A stretch of 64,000 nucleotides of DNA, from contig NW_003314288.1 in the NCBI RefSeq assembly GCF_000143415.4, positions 1,674,056 through 1,738,055 of the forward strand. The letters run 5' to 3'. The notes beneath the pieces were generated by a model. That model worked only from the letters and a program-made list of their open reading frames with translations. It made no database searches and had not been told where the DNA came from. Shown here in pieces: positions 48,320-61,483 of this stretch; the first letter of the stretch is position 1, and each line of letters opens with the position of its first letter. The position numbers and the translations under genes are program-made. The DNA is from Selaginella moellendorffii (lineage: Eukaryota > Plantae > Lycopodiophyta).

Positions 48320-51300
48320 TCAAAAAGATGGTGTTTTTCTAAGTATTTCCGATGACTTTTGTAAATTTTTCAAAGCAAAACTAAACTGCTCTTTCTCAGC
48401 CACAACCTCAGCAAACTTCAGGCTCATTTGAGTATATCTATCTTGCATGTCTTTTAGTTCCATCTGCAATTCTGATGATCTCCGCATGTACATCTTCAAA
48501 TCTGACAATATTTTCTCGATGCCAACATCAGTTTGCTGTACGTTGTCTGATGAAGCAATTGAACTACAAATAAACAACACAATTAGCTTCTGAAGAGAAG
48601 AATTCCATATAGCTTACTTTTGGAGCTGGGACTTATAGATTCTGCTTGTTTCTAAGGCCTCAGCCAATTCTGTTTCCAGTGTTAGGACTCTATCAAGAAG
48701 ATTGCCACATTCAGACACAGCTCTCAATTTCATCACGGTGATCTCAAGCTGTTCATTCACCTGCCTTGCATCCAACACAACACATCCAAGTCAATAACTC
48801 GATAAACCTTGAAGCTCTCCAACCTGTTGTAACCGGCAAACTTCTTTCTCAGATATCTCCTGCATGCTTAACTTTGACACCAAGTCACGTTCACGCTGAG
48901 CACAGAGCGCTAGCTGCGTTTGAAGCCTTGCCACCTACAAAGTTGTAATTTCAATCTTGTGTTGCATTGCACACCAAAAGTCATACCTCAACTTGGAATT
49001 GCTCAAGACCAGCGTCCATTTGTCGTCCCATGGTCGTTTCCAGATAGTCGACTCTAGTTTGAAGTGTAGCATCTTTTTCTTGGTGCTCTTGTTTCAATGC
49101 TTCAATCTCATTCATTTTACAAGAAAGTTGAACCTGGAGAGTGTCAAGACTTGAGATGTTAGATTCCTTGATGAAAAGTAACTTCTCACCTCCAACAAAA
49201 TTAACTTGTCATGAACGTCAGCTTCCTCTTGTTTGTACTCCCGCTTCAGCTCTTCGATTTTCTGAAGCACGTTTCTCTCGCTTACTTTGTCCAGATTAGA
49301 TCGAAGAGCTTGTAGCCTTGCCGAAATAAAATCCAATTTCTCACTCTCGGTGTGCCCTTGGAGGTGTTGAACTTGAACCTGGCATTGCAGCCTCAGCTTT
49401 TCAGCCTCCAAATCTTGTATCCTCGCTTCTAAAGCCAACTTGTCCTGCTTAAGATTTAATAGAGTGGTCTTCAAATCCACTATTTCCGGTTTGTACGCAT
49501 CATTTTCGACCTTCAAAGCCAGAACTTCTTGCTCACACTTGCCCAGCTTCGAAGCGCAGTCCCTGTTGGCAACCCTCATATCTTCCATCTCGTTTTCCAT
49601 CTGACTGGCAAGTTTGAAGAGAGTTGCGACAGACTGCTCAACTTTGCATCCAATATCTTTTGCCTCGATCTCTTGCTTCTCTATATTGTGATCGAGTTGG
49701 CTATTCTTCTGGCGTGCTTCCTCCAGCGTTGCCTCTAGAGACAGTCCGCCTGCTTCGACCTGTGACATCTGTCGGGCAATGGTTTCCGTTTGCTGCAAAA
49801 ACCATTCTAGCTTTTCTCTGTCCTGAACAAACGTTTCCAGCCGTTGCTCGGCGTGGATTGCTTTGTTTTTCTCCGCATTCCACGACTCCATTAGAGCGTC
49901 TCTTTCTCGGCCTATACTGCTGAGGGTGGCAGTCAGCTCGGCCACCTGATCTTGTAGCACACCGTTCAACACTGCACTGTCCAAGGCCTGGTGCTTGAAA
50001 TCTGCCACCTGCATTTCCAGGCCGTCCCGGTCGTTCTTGAGTAGGTTGCAATCGGACTCTAGAACCAACACCTTGGACTCCAAGCCGAGAAGTTCCTCTA
50101 GCTTTCCTTGTAGGCTATGCTGTAGCAGTTCCTGAGTACCAAGATGCACTATGATGTCGTTCTTGAGAGCTTCCACCTGTGCTTCCAAGTTCCGTGCATC
50201 CTGCTGGAGATCATCACGCTCGTTCTCAACCTGTAGCACCTTTTCTTCAAGCCTCGACTTCTCTTGGCTGTTTAGCAATTGTGTCTCTTCTGCATAGCAC
50301 TTGCAGCTTTCCAGCTCCCTCGTCAGAGCGCGCACATCTTCTTGCAAACTTGAAACTTCCTCAGCATGCTTAACATGGTCCTCTTCTAATTTCTCCGTCA
50401 ACCTCTTTTCGGACTGCTCAGTGATCGATAAGGTGTCTTCAAGTTCTCTGACACGGTTCTCACGTACATGTCCAGAATTTTCGAGGGAGCTGACTGTGCT
50501 TTTAAGGCTCTTGACTTGCAGTTCGAGGTCCTTCAGTGCCAGACCTTGAGCATCCCTCTCTCCTTCCAGTTTTGCGATTGTTCCCTCTAGCTCCTGCCCA
50601 GTACGTTCCCATTTTTCTACTGCAGCTTCGAGTTCTCTGTTGTGATCTTCAGCCGCAGCTTTCTCACGTTGGCACTCCTTTAAAATTTCCACCGTGCTAC
50701 ATATCTGATCTTCTAGCTCCTTGGCTCGTCTTTCCAGCAAACCTTGGGTGCCAACCCGCATCGCTATGTCACCCTTGAGAACCCCGATATGCATGTGCAA
50801 GTTGCGTCCATCCTGCTTAAGAGCCTCACGCTCGTTCTCTAGCAATACCACCTTCTCTTCAAGCTCCAGCATTTCTCCTCTGCTTCGCGCATCTCTGCTT
50901 TCAGCATCTAGCTCACAGCGTTTTAGCTCGCTTGTCAGCGTGGACAAATGTTCTTGTAGCATAGATATTTCTTTGACGTGCTTCACGTTGTCTTCCTCTA
51001 GTCCAGCAACATCTCTTGCAAGCTTTTTGACAGCCTCGTTATGATTGCTCTCCGTGACTTTTAAAGTCCCCTCCAGCTCCTTGATGCAGCTCTCCCGCAT
51101 TCCCAAAGTATTTTCAAGACTTCTAAGCGTATCAGTCAAATCCTTTACTTGTAGCTCCAGTTTTTCCTCTGCTAGTCTGTGAGCCTCACGATCTTCTTCC
51201 AGCTTCCCAACCTTCATATTGAGCTCACTGCAAGTAAGCTCCAGGCAATTCTTTGTAGTCTCAAGAGCCGTCTTCTCCTTTGCAATATGCACTGCCTCAC

Positions 51301-54300
51301 GCTCCAATACAACCTTCTCTGTTTGACTAACTTCAAGCTCTAACTTCAATGATTCCCTCTCGGCCTCTAAAGATGAAATCTTCTTTGCAACCAATTTACT
51401 TTCTTCCTCCATGTTTTGTGTTGTCTTGAGATGTTCTGCCGTCAACTCTGATAGACTTTCCTCAAGTTCTCTGATGCGGCACCGCAAAGAATGACTGGAT
51501 GTAGAGGCCTTGGAAAGTTCAGCTTTTAATCTTTCCACCTGCGCTTCAAGGTCCCTTCGGGCACGAGAATGCGTCTCACAGAGCGTATCCGACGTTATCC
51601 ATTTCGACTTATACTCGTTCATCGTAGCAGCAAGTACAGCTTTCTGTTTTTCGATTTCCCGACCTCGGCCCTGCTCCGCACTAAGTTGTAGTTTCAACGC
51701 TTCAAGCTCTGATACAAGAAACTGAACCTCTGCGTCCTTTCTCGTGACCGTTTCATTGACTTCGACGTTTTCTTTCTTCGATCTGCTCAATTGCGCTTCT
51801 AAATCCTGTCTCGCTTTTTCTAAATCATCCTCCAACTCCGCAACATGCCTGTCGAACTCCATCTTTGCACTGTCCAGCTGACTTGAAAGCTTCTCAGCCT
51901 CTTTCCTAGTAGATTCCTCAAAGCTGCGGTTCCATCCATCATTTTCCACTTCCAAGCCCACTACTTTCTCTTCTAATTCCTTCCTGTGCGCATCCGCTGC
52001 TTCTAAACTGCTCGCAAGCGTTGACACCTGTAACTCCAAATCCAGAATGCGTGACTTGTCCAGCTCTTGGGAGTCCTGCATCTTCATCTCCAAGCCATTG
52101 TTTAGCATCTCGAGCTGTAAAATCCTGGCCTCTAAATCCGTTACTTGCAGCAGCTTAGAGTTGAAGTCGTGCAACAAGTCCGACATTTCCCTGTCATGCT
52201 TCTGTGCTCGAAACATCAAAGCTGAAACTTCAGATTCCAGTTGAGCTTTTCCTGTGCTTGCTTCCTCCACCAGCCTCGTTAGTCTTTCCTGCTCCTGTCC
52301 GGCAAGAGTCAGCTCAGACTTTGCACGCTCCAACTGGTTGTTTAAGCTCTGAATATCGGCATCCGAGCTTCTCAGCTGGTTTTCCAAGTCTACGTTAGCA
52401 CTTTTCAAGCCCTGGATTAAAGTCTGAAGGCGGACCATAAGCTTTTCATTGCTGGAGTGCTGAACCTGATGAAACTCTTCAGTTGCTGCCAGCTTCTTCT
52501 CGAGCTCGTCTACTAAAGCCTTGAGCCTCTCCACTTCCTGACGGTCATCGTTATTTTGCTTGTCGAACTCTTTAGTTGCCTTGTTCAGCTTGAATATCAG
52601 CTCCATATTTTCGTCCGTCAACTCCTTCAACTCTTTAGCCATTTCTTCGGTACTCTGGCTCACCTCGTCGTCAGTGGCCAGCTCCCGCTTAATCTCCGAC
52701 CGACTTTTCCTCAAGTCCTCAAGCTTAGCTTGCAGGCCTTTGATCGTGTTTTCTTTAGCTACAAGCTTCTCAGACCACTGACTTTCCCGATTCTCTTCTC
52801 GAGTCTTGGCAGCATGTACAGAAGCTTCAAGGTTGTGATTGAGTGAAGAAAGCTCTTCCATTTCTTTTCGCTGCTCCTCTAGAGACTCCTCCATGTCTTG
52901 TATCGCCAGTACGAGCTGCATGTTGGACTCCTGAGCTTTTCTCAATTGCATGCTCGCGTTCAGGCTTGCTTCCTTCTCGTAGGACAGCTCCATCTTCAAA
53001 TCGCTTATGGACCTTGCTAATTCTTCGGCCTCCTTGCGCAGTCTCTGCTCATTAGCTTCGTGCTCCTGCTTTGCAGTTTGCAGCTCTAGTTTAAGCTTAT
53101 CTGCCAGTAACTGCTTTGGTCCGCCACCATTCTCCTGCTTCAGCTTCTGGACTTCCATACTCAGATTTCGGGCACGTCTTTGCCATGTTACGGCTTCCAT
53201 GCGCAGCTCCTGAATCGATTTATCTGGAGCTGGTGCCTCGGCTTCAATCGGCGATTTACTTCGAAAAGATGACGACCTCACGCTCATAATGCTCCTGGGA
53301 GTGTCACTGTCCATGTTGCTAAGCGACTCAATATTTCTCATGCCCGAGCCACTACCTGTTCTACCAAGCTGGGGCTCCAAAGAGATTGTTGGAAATGACC
53401 CCTGACTGAACCTGCGCCTTCTTCGCTCATAGCCTCCTACAGAGCTAGCTGGAGAAGGAGGGTCGCCAAAAAACTCTTTGACGCTACCGTTGAATTCTCT
53501 AGGTGTAAATGGTTCAAGATCGGTGTCACGCAGCGACGACCCATTATCCTGTGCAAAAAGAGAGAGGTTTCACATCCTTTAAGTGTGTTCGAGAAATAAC
53601 TCACTCTTGGTGAAGAAACCGACTTCTGAACAGGACCACTAAGCGCTTGGCTAGTGGATGACGCCACAGAAATATTGTCAACATCGACTTCAGAATCAGA
53701 GGATTGCTCATCTTGAACACTAAGCTCTCGCGATTTCCTGCAAAGATAAAAACGAAAGACTCTTATGACTAACCTCGCTAAAATTTGTATTATCACCTCA
53801 AGGACGTTAAAGAGTTGATTTTTACCTGCAACATAAAGAACCAAGCTAGTGTCAAATCAGAAACAAAACAGTATAAATCGAGCATACGTGAAGGAGCGTA
53901 TTTCCTCGACAATTTTGGAGGGGCACGGCTAGTGAATTTGATGGGCCATTTGCGAAATCAGCCAAGTTAATGGTAACATCTCCGAGAATTTTTGTTCGCT
54001 GTGATGAAGAACATATCCATATCAACACAATAAAGAAAGAGCTCATAATCCTTACCACACCAACAACGATTTTGTAGAGCTTAGAGTCATACTTCCCAGA
54101 CTGTGCGTCTTGTATAAGTTTCGTGGTCTCCACGAGAGGATCGGGCCAGCGGCAGCATCCATACTCGACGGCAGCCTTGGTGGTTTTATTGCTGCGTTTT
54201 CCAGTGTCCTGTGGTATAAGAGACACTTTAAGCTTCTCCCATCCAGCCGGTGGAACCTGTTACACAAGGAAGGACCGAGGATGTAAAGCGAATTATAGCG

Positions 54301-54391
54301 AGAGAGATCATACCCGTGTAACGTGAAATTGGAACTTGAACACCACTTTCTCTTTGATCTTCCCTCCAGGATTTTTCTTGAACTTTAACAT
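48320..54391 (-). CDS. NT-C2 (EEIG1/EHBP1) domain protein with very long coiled coil (myosin-heavy-chain-like annotation class)
   Basis: Spliced N-terminus MLKFKK..EKVVFKFQFHVTR-VPPAGWEKLKVSLIPQDTGK..TKAAVEYGCCRWPDPLVET..GDVTINLADF. A ~1400-aa heptad-rich exon and C-terminal ELKDMQDRYTQMSLKFAEV. Confidence 0.88.
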
Positions 54392-54965
54392 TGTTTAGAC
54401 CATTCAGCATCCTTCGAGAAAAGAAACTTCCCCAGAAGCGCTTATAATCTGTGCTGGTTGAAAACAAGCGAGAGGGAAGTCCGCTAGACACAGCCTCATT
54501 CAAGAAGGAGGAGAGAAAAGAAAAATACTTGGAACAGCGCTCCTGTGAAGACGACAAGCGGGAGGCGCGCATCGCGTTAGTCGAAACGCGGCGCCATCCC
54601 TGTGCTGTCGGCACCCGCACTCTCGTCGCCCCATGACAAAGGGGGCGATGGATCTCGAGTCGATGCCGCCACGACAAAGAGAGCGATGCCGCCAACGCTC
54701 CACCCCTAGAACCCTAACACTCACGCGCTTGGCGGCCAATTTCAAATTTAAAATTCGACTAGCTCTTTTGAGTCTCACAAAAATGAGCTTCCTTCTATAT
54801 CTCCTTCGTTTTTTCTTGTGTGCCGAGAAGATTTTGAGTAGAACCTTGGCGTGATCTATGTACATCCCTGTGCTACTATCAGGAAAACAAAAAACTTTCT
54901 CATGGTCAGCTCACATAGATTTGAAACGAAACTTGTTACCCGTGATTGCGAGCTTGGACGAAATC

Positions 54966-56474
54966 TCAGTCGAACAGCCTGGGAGCTAGATACGCTGGGC
55001 CGTAGAGATCGTCCACTGTCTCACTGTTGGCCTCGGCAGCAGTCCTCTTCAAGTTCTTGAGCCCCCTTCCGAGTCGAGCCACCGAGATCGCCGATGGAAC
55101 CGCTTCCACAGCACCCCCGATCTGGTCGTCCGCGTAGAACAGTCCCACCGCGGTTACAACGCTTCCTCCAAACACCACCCATGGCCGCCTCAGCGAAGAC
55201 ATCCCCGTGCGCTGGCGCATGAGACCGTAGAAGGACCAGTGCACTGCCCCGATGCTCTTTCTCTTTGCGAGCCCGACGAAAGCTCGGACGATCGAAGTGC
55301 GCGCTGGCGAGAATGGCGCCCATGGAAGCTTAGCAAGAACGGGAGCCTTGCTCGAGAGAAACTTCGTAGCCCCGGCAACCACAGCAGCCCCAGCTCCCAG
55401 CGCCACTAAGTTACCCCCAGCTTCGTCCAATTCCGTGCTGGTTGTATCATCCCCAGCCGAGAACACGAAGGAGTCGGACATGGCTGCGGCTTCGGGTGGC
55501 ACCAAGACGTTCCAGTATTTCCGAACTCCCAAAACCTGCGATCCATCCAAGACCGCCACCACGACTTTGGACCGCTTGGCCTGCCTCTGTAGAGCTTGCG
55601 TGAGAAGCACCTCGCATTTTTCCTGGTCTGGAAGCCCGGTGTAGGACGAAGCAAAAGGTGGCGGAGCGTTCATGGCTATTCGTCTCGAGATATCGTGTTG
55701 TAACAGCCGGAAGTACTCGAGCGTCACCCTGAATCCAAGAACCGAGTCGAGCAACTCTCTGCTTACTTCCTTCCCTGCGGCGGTGTCGGCGATGATCCTC
55801 TCGGCCGCAGCGACGGCATTGGATCCGTGAGTGCGAGGCCAGATGCTATCGTTGAGCTGGTCGAGCATGAGAAAGATCGGGAAGAACGAAGCAGCGAATT
55901 CCGGGCGGCTGGTCGATGGCAGATGGCGCGAGAATGCGAGACTCCAGTTGTCCGGACTTTGGTGCTGTGCTTCCGGAGCATCCGCGAGAAAGACCTGAAG
56001 AACGCCGAAGTTGGATCCGGACTGGAACGCTGCGTGCTTCGCCGCGAGAACGTAGCCATGATACGTCGTTCCAAAGATGATCCTTTGGAAGTCGAAAACC
56101 GCCAAGCTTTCGCTGCTGTAACCCCTGGTAGAGAAATCCGTGAAGGCGTCGAGAAAAGAATCCGGCACAACGACGCCGCGATCTAAATCGCTGGCGATCC
56201 GCTCCTCCTCAAGAAATTCCAGCATCCTGTGCGATTGCACGGCCGCGAGCACGGCATGCGGCCTCGCAGCCGCGACAAGCTGCTTCACATCCCTCACCGA
56301 TCTTTCCGAGAGTACCTGCGCCGTGAGGAGGTAGACAATGCACGAGGGATCATCTGGCACGCGCAATGCGGCGACGAAGCGCTTGGAATCCGCCGGAATG
56401 TCGAGCTTGTCGACGAGCTGCTCGCTCCTGGCGCCGAAGATGCTGCCGAGAATCCACGAAATCCAAGCGAACAT
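54966..56474 (-). CDS. Intronless uncharacterised membrane protein with divergent TraB-like motifs
   Basis: ~500-aa open frame from ATG 56474. VYLLTAQVLSERSVRDVKQLVAAARPHAV and KVVVAVLDGSQVLGVRKYW resemble TraB N- and C-terminal motifs. C-terminal hydrophobic segments. Confidence 0.75.
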   Translation of the reverse strand: MFAWISWILGSIFGARSEQLVDKLDIPADSKRFVAALRVPDDPSCIVYLLTAQVLSERSVRDVKQLVAAARPHAVLAAVQSHRMLEFLEEERIASDLDRGVVVPDSFLDAFTDFSTRGYSSESLAVFDFQRIIFGTTYHGYVLAAKHAAFQSGSNFGVLQVFLADAPEAQHQSPDNWSLAFSRHLPSTSRPEFAASFFPIFLMLDQLNDSIWPRTHGSNAVAAAERIIADTAAGKEVSRELLDSVLGFRVTLEYFRLLQHDISRRIAMNAPPPFASSYTGLPDQEKCEVLLTQALQRQAKRSKVVVAVLDGSQVLGVRKYWNVLVPPEAAAMSDSFVFSAGDDTTSTELDEAGGNLVALGAGAAVVAGATKFLSSKAPVLAKLPWAPFSPARTSIVRAFVGLAKRKSIGAVHWSFYGLMRQRTGMSSLRRPWVVFGGSVVTAVGLFYADDQIGGAVEAVPSAISVARLGRGLKNLKRTAAEANSETVDDLYGPAYLAPRLFD

Positions 56475-56526
56475 GACAATCAGAGGAGAGAAATCGAGAG
56501 AGGATTTCAATCGGGCGCCATCCCAA

Positions 56527-56534
56527 AAACCCTA
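56527..56534 (+). promoter_or_regulatory. Telo-box AAACCCTA in the 70-bp divergent intergenic region
   Basis: Exact motif between two head-to-head ATGs. Another copy lies at 13757-13764 between PGRL1 and the U-box gene. Confidence 0.5.
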
Positions 56535-56544
56535 TCCAGCGCGA

Positions 56545-57771
56545 ATGGCGATAGCAGCATTGTCTTCCCTCCCATTGCCTAGGGTTTGTCCCAAGGCCGA
56601 TATTCCAAGAATTCCGCGCGCCCGGCGAGGAGTGATCCTCGGCTGTAGCACGGCGGCGCCTTCGGAGGTCGCCAAGGCGGGAGCTCGATCGCCAGGTATG
56701 ATATCTTTTCGTTGGGCATTCGATCGAATGGATCGAATCGACCTTCGCTTTGTCTTCGCAGTGGGCTGGAAAACCTTCTCCAAGAATGCGTCGGGGGAAT
56801 GGAGTGGCGCCGCTGTGGATTTCGATCGCGAGGGGAAGCCTTTGCAGCTTCCATCGGCGCTAGTCCCGCAAGAGTATGTGGAATGGGAGGTGGAAGTTTG
56901 CGACTGGGAGACTTACTGTGCCACTCTCGCGGATGGAGACCCTCCAAGGTTCTACAACAAGACGCTTCGCTTGTATCCCACAGTCGGGTGTGGAGCAACG
57001 ACGGTGTCCATCTACAGCACCCAAGAGCAAGCCTTGGACGAGGCGAAGGCCGAGAAGCAAAAGTTTCTAGCGTTCCATCCCAGCGGTTCATACGTAGCGG
57101 TCTGGGACAACGAGAATGAGGTGGTGGTGGAGCACTGCCTAGTAAACGAAGACATAGAGGGCCTGAGGATGAGAGTTCTTCACAAGTTTGGAGAGCTTGG
57201 GATGCCTGTGGAAGGGATCACTGTCTACAAGGAGCAGTGGGAGGAGTCCTTCCAATCTGGAAAAACTGTGGAGAGTTGCCTGACCCGGCATGCTGCTTTC
57301 GCTGGGGGCCCGCGACTCAAGCCATCGGATTTACGTGGGACTTGGCAAACTATCAGGCGTAGCTTCTCGCCGGTAAGTCAGCACTGCTTGTGTTTTATAT
57401 GCTTTTACTCTCTCGCTTTCCAGGTTGAAGGATGTGGCTGCGTCAACAAAATGGTGTTAGAGGCTTCTAATCCGGTGGAGAGGACAAACGCGAAGGGCTG
57501 TATACTACTTCCAGAAGGGACATGGTCCTCCATCCGGAAAGTTGAGAACGAGCTTGTTATCGAGGCAGGCTTGCTAACACGTCCTGGGAATCTGGTTCTT
57601 TCTAGGTGTAAAGTGACAAGCTCTGGTGAAATACAGGTTTGTTATTCTTTCTTTCTTTCAAGCCCGTGACGTAAACTTTTGCAGAAGTTTGAGCTGGAAA
57701 CGCAATATCGCGACACCCGGCTTAGAGAAACCTACAGGACGTCCTATTTAAATGACGAGGACGTCTTCTGA
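56545..57771 (+). CDS. Uncharacterised, probably plastid-targeted protein (multi-exon)
   Basis: Ser/Arg/Ala-rich N-terminus MAIAALSSLPLPRVC. Conserved-looking core SGEWSGAAVDFDREGKPLQLP..WEVEVCDW..RLYPTVGC. GT-AG introns at 56696-56761, ~57373-57423 and ~57638-57685. Confidence 0.78.
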
Positions 57772-57935
57772 TTGGAACCATCGCCGAACGAGCAACATCT
57801 CAGTGGAAAATGTGTTTGCAACAGTTACGTACTGTGGTGAGTCTTGAATGGTCTTTTACGGAAAAAATGTAAATATAATACTCTGCCGTTTCCTCTGTTT
57901 CTCATCAGGCTCCAGCGTAGAGCTTACTCCAAATT

Positions 57936-59696
57936 TCAGGACGGATATGCACAACCCTGATAGCCTGTAGCAAGCCAGAGTGCAAGCAAGTGTAAGAAAA
58001 CGAGTAAGTTTTCCTATGCGTCACTTTCGCGAGCAGACAAACACCTGTGGAATCCAGCCGCAGCAGCAGCCAGCGAGCAGTCCAGGCAGCCAGGCAAATA
58101 AATAAGAAGAAAGAATGAAGAGGACGCAAACGACGTACCGCAAGCAAACATCATCCACCGGTGAAGAAGCGACACTTACTTGGATTGGTATTGGTCACTA
58201 TGGCGGTGCCGCCGAAGACGCAGTCGCTCGCTTGCCGTCCATTCAGCTGGTAGTAATTGTTGAACGCGTAAGACGAGTGAGCCAGCACTGTGTTCGGGAC
58301 GTAGCAGGCTTTTCCGGGCTGTATGGCCGAGCAGTCGGCCTTGCCCGGGCCGCAAGCCCAGTCCAGCGCGGCTTGCAGCTGCGGTACGCCGGTGTCGGCC
58401 TTGGCGACGCACCAGGAGCCCGAGCTTGGCGACGGCGTCGCGGGGGTGGTCTGGACACCGATGCTGTACGACACCGACATGTCCGCGCGGTAGATGCCGT
58501 AGTGGTGCTCGGACTCTGGGCCGGTCTTGGTGTTCTCGTCGAACAGCGCGAAAATGTAGGCCTCGAGGGGGACCTTGGGCCGCAGCGGCGTGCCGGACAT
58601 TGACCGTACGTGCCGCACGACGCCGCCGTTGTATGCCGCGGCGTTGGCGGGTGACGCGCCGGTCTCGGACTCCGGGCCCGACGGCCAGCCCGTCTCGGTC
58701 ACCACGACGCGGACGTTGGGGAAGCCGATGGCGTCCATTGCGGCGTACACAGTATCTACCTGCGCATCCAGGAGATTCGTGTAGAGGAGGCCTGTCCGGT
58801 TGTCGCGAACGCCGGCGCCGCGGCGGAGCTTGAAGGTCGCGTAGTCGAGCGGTGAGCCGCGGGGGTCCGCGCGGTACGCGAAGTAAGGGTAGGGGTTTAC
58901 CATGAGTGGCGCGCCGGTGGCGTTGAGAAACTGGAGGAGTGGGCGGAGGTATGGGAGGAGATCCTTGCGGAAGGTGCCGCGGCTGGGCGGAAACGAGGGG
59001 TTGAGCACGTTAAGAGCGTGCGGCGTGCTGAGCTGTATACCGTGGAGGTCGTAGCGCTGCAGCGCGGACTGGAGGTTGTACAGCGCGGGCACCAGCTGGC
59101 TGGGGACGCGCTTACCGCTGGCGGCGACGTTGATGAGCACCTCATTGCCGACGCAAATGGAGGCGACGCGCGTGCCGCTGCGGACGAAGGGCAGTACGTT
59201 CGAGCGGATCCAGCGGTACGCGTTGAGCGCGCGGCGGCCCGTGCGGTAGATGAGGTCGTCCGGGAATGTGATGGTTACTTCGATGCTCGTGTTGGCGAGC
59301 GCGCGGAGGACGCTGGGGTCGGCGTCGAAGATCTTTACCTTGCGGATGGTGGTGGAGTGGGCGATGAGGGACACGGCTTGATCGACCGAGGGGAGATTGC
59401 TGCCCAGCCTTCCATAGTTGATTCCCAGGTACTTGTCCGGATGGGCTTCTCCTCCGGCAGCTCCTGCAAATGGATCCAACAGTGAATGGAGTGAATGGAG
59501 AGAGAAGTGCTGGAGCGAGAGAGAAGTCCTAAGCAAATTTCTAGACGATTTTCTCTGCAATCTCTTCCTCGATCGAGTCCGAGGCAGTTCTCTAGATGAT
59601 CTATGGATTAAATCGCTGCGTACCTGAGTAGTGGACGAAGCAAGCAGCTGTGACAATAGCGAGGATCAAGCCGGGGAGAGATGTCGGGGCCGCCAT
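57936..59696 (-). CDS. Glucan endo-1,3-beta-glucosidase (GH17 + X8/CBM43)
   Basis: Signal-peptide exon MAAPTSLPGLILAIVTAACFVHYS (59696-59624). GINYGRLGSNLP, VGNEV, NPYPYF, VTETGWPS, YIFALFDEN, X8 domain WCVAK..ALDWACG. Last exon YQGCAYPS*. Confidence 0.93.
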
Positions 59697-59836
59697 TGAC
59701 CGTTGGAGCGATAAATCCGAGAAAAAGCTTTGGAGTTGTGGTTTATATTGCTGTCCGAGACGTGTTTCTCCTACTAACTTAAAACGAGGGAGCTTTCACG
59801 CGCTGCGAATCCGAGAAGAACAAAAGGGTATCATTA

Positions 59837-59908
59837 TGTGGCTGCTGGGATTCGAGCCCAGGTCTCCACGGCCACAACGTGGAATTCTCACCACTAAACT
59901 ACAGCCAC
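59837..59908 (-). tRNA. trnH: tRNA-His (GTG)
   Basis: GTGGCTGTAGTTTAGTGGTGAGAATTCCACGTTGTGGCCGTGGAGACCTGGGCTCGAATCCCAGCAGCCACA folds as a cloverleaf with a GTG anticodon. T4 tract ~12 nt downstream. Confidence 0.97.
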
Positions 59909-61483
59909 CTTTCGATGATGAAGGTCTTCGAATATGTCAAGTACAAGAAGCTGTGGAATGGACTTCCAGCGCTTCCTCGTAGTTATGTTGAGATAAACCA
60001 ACGATCAAATTCCTTTTCCACTACGATGGATATGATGTAGAACTCTTGTGATTCCTTGCAAAGAACTTGAAGATCACGGTACTCATGAAGAACATCATTG
60101 TATCCATAGGTATCACGAAATAAAAAGGAAAAGACTAGAATTTATCCTGGTGCTAGAGTGGGAAGCGAGAGAGTGGAGAGAGAGCGACTTCTAACAAGGC
60201 CCACTTAGTTTTTGGTTGATTCCAAAGGTCCTGTCATCTTCGACTTTGGATTCATAAGGACAGGAAAATCCGTATACTTAGGATTGACAGAATGAACAAA
60301 TTTGACAAATTGCTAGCAAATGTTGAAAATCTTGCTTGCGCTTACACCTCGCTCTCCTACGTTTGGTCAGTTGATCGGTGAGATGTCGAAGGAAAGGATA
60401 GGCGGTTGGGAGATGAACTATCACATTAGAGATGGCAAACTTAATCTAAGCGTTTGGAGCAAAGCGCTTTGGAAAATTTCCATCCCAAGAAGATCCAAAT
60501 AACAAACATCCAAAACCTGGAATAGTGGTCATGCGTTAATGCGCCATTTTGATGTCAGCAGCATAAGAACCCTAAAGTCTAAAGGAATGTTCGTGCGCGC
60601 GCCAAAATTCTTTTGGATTCTTTTTAAAAACGTAAACAAGCAATATCATGTTAGCTTGGAATCAAAGCCTGGGAAAGCTGCCAAAGCGCCAAAGAACTCA
60701 CACACCACTGCAAAAAGCATTGGGCACCATGTACTCTAAACAACATAGAACCAGAAAAAAGAATAAAAATCATAGAAAACGAACCACAATAGCCGATCAA
60801 ATCTCCGCAAGAGATCCACCCATGTAGGGGGGAGTGGAATGGAATGAAGGTCATAAGCTCGAGCTAACGCGCTGTCCATCCAAACGTGCATAGCTTTGAA
60901 ATTTTTTCTATAATCCAACGATGCAGCGCAAGGTGTCCAAGCACAAACAGCGCTCAATCAAAAGATTTCTCTCTCTCTCTCTCTCTCTCCAAGCATATCC
61001 CATCTGGTTCCCACCCATATAGGAGAGCGCGTACGGCCCACACTACGGTATTGGCCATGGGGCCCAATCGCGGGAGACCATGATGGATGTAGCTCCGCCT
61101 TTGTCCTCCATGGCCGGGCTTGACGGGGAGACCGCAAGCATGCTGGCTTGTGAGAGTGGCGAGGAAGAGAGGGGCAAGGCGAGGAGGCGGAGGAAGAGGG
61201 GCATAGCTTGTAGGTTTCGTGTCTCTCGCGGGCTACTAGATCACAGTCCCTCGCTTTTATCGATTGCGTCGTCGCCTTGCTTGCGCTCCAGCATCTTGGG
61301 CGATCCAAATCCAGGGTTTCCGGGCGCATTGAGCATTGATCCAATTGAGTCCACCGATCGATCGATCGCCTCGCCGGGTTTGTCTACCTAAACACTCGTG
61401 TCCTGGTAGGTGCTGGGACGATTTCTCTCTTTGCTTCTTTCTTCCCCTCCCTCTCAATGTTCTCAATTTTCTTCCTCGCCAGC

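Noticed and set aside
57755-57766. GACG-AGGA-CGTC hairpin like the pre-PPT motif
   Set aside because: It lies in a coding exon with no PPT or LTR after it, so probably coincidental.
59853-59865. C instead of T at position 54 of tRNA-His, suggesting a pseudogene
   Set aside because: GGCTCGAATCC is the normal plant cytosolic tRNA-His T-arm as I recall it.
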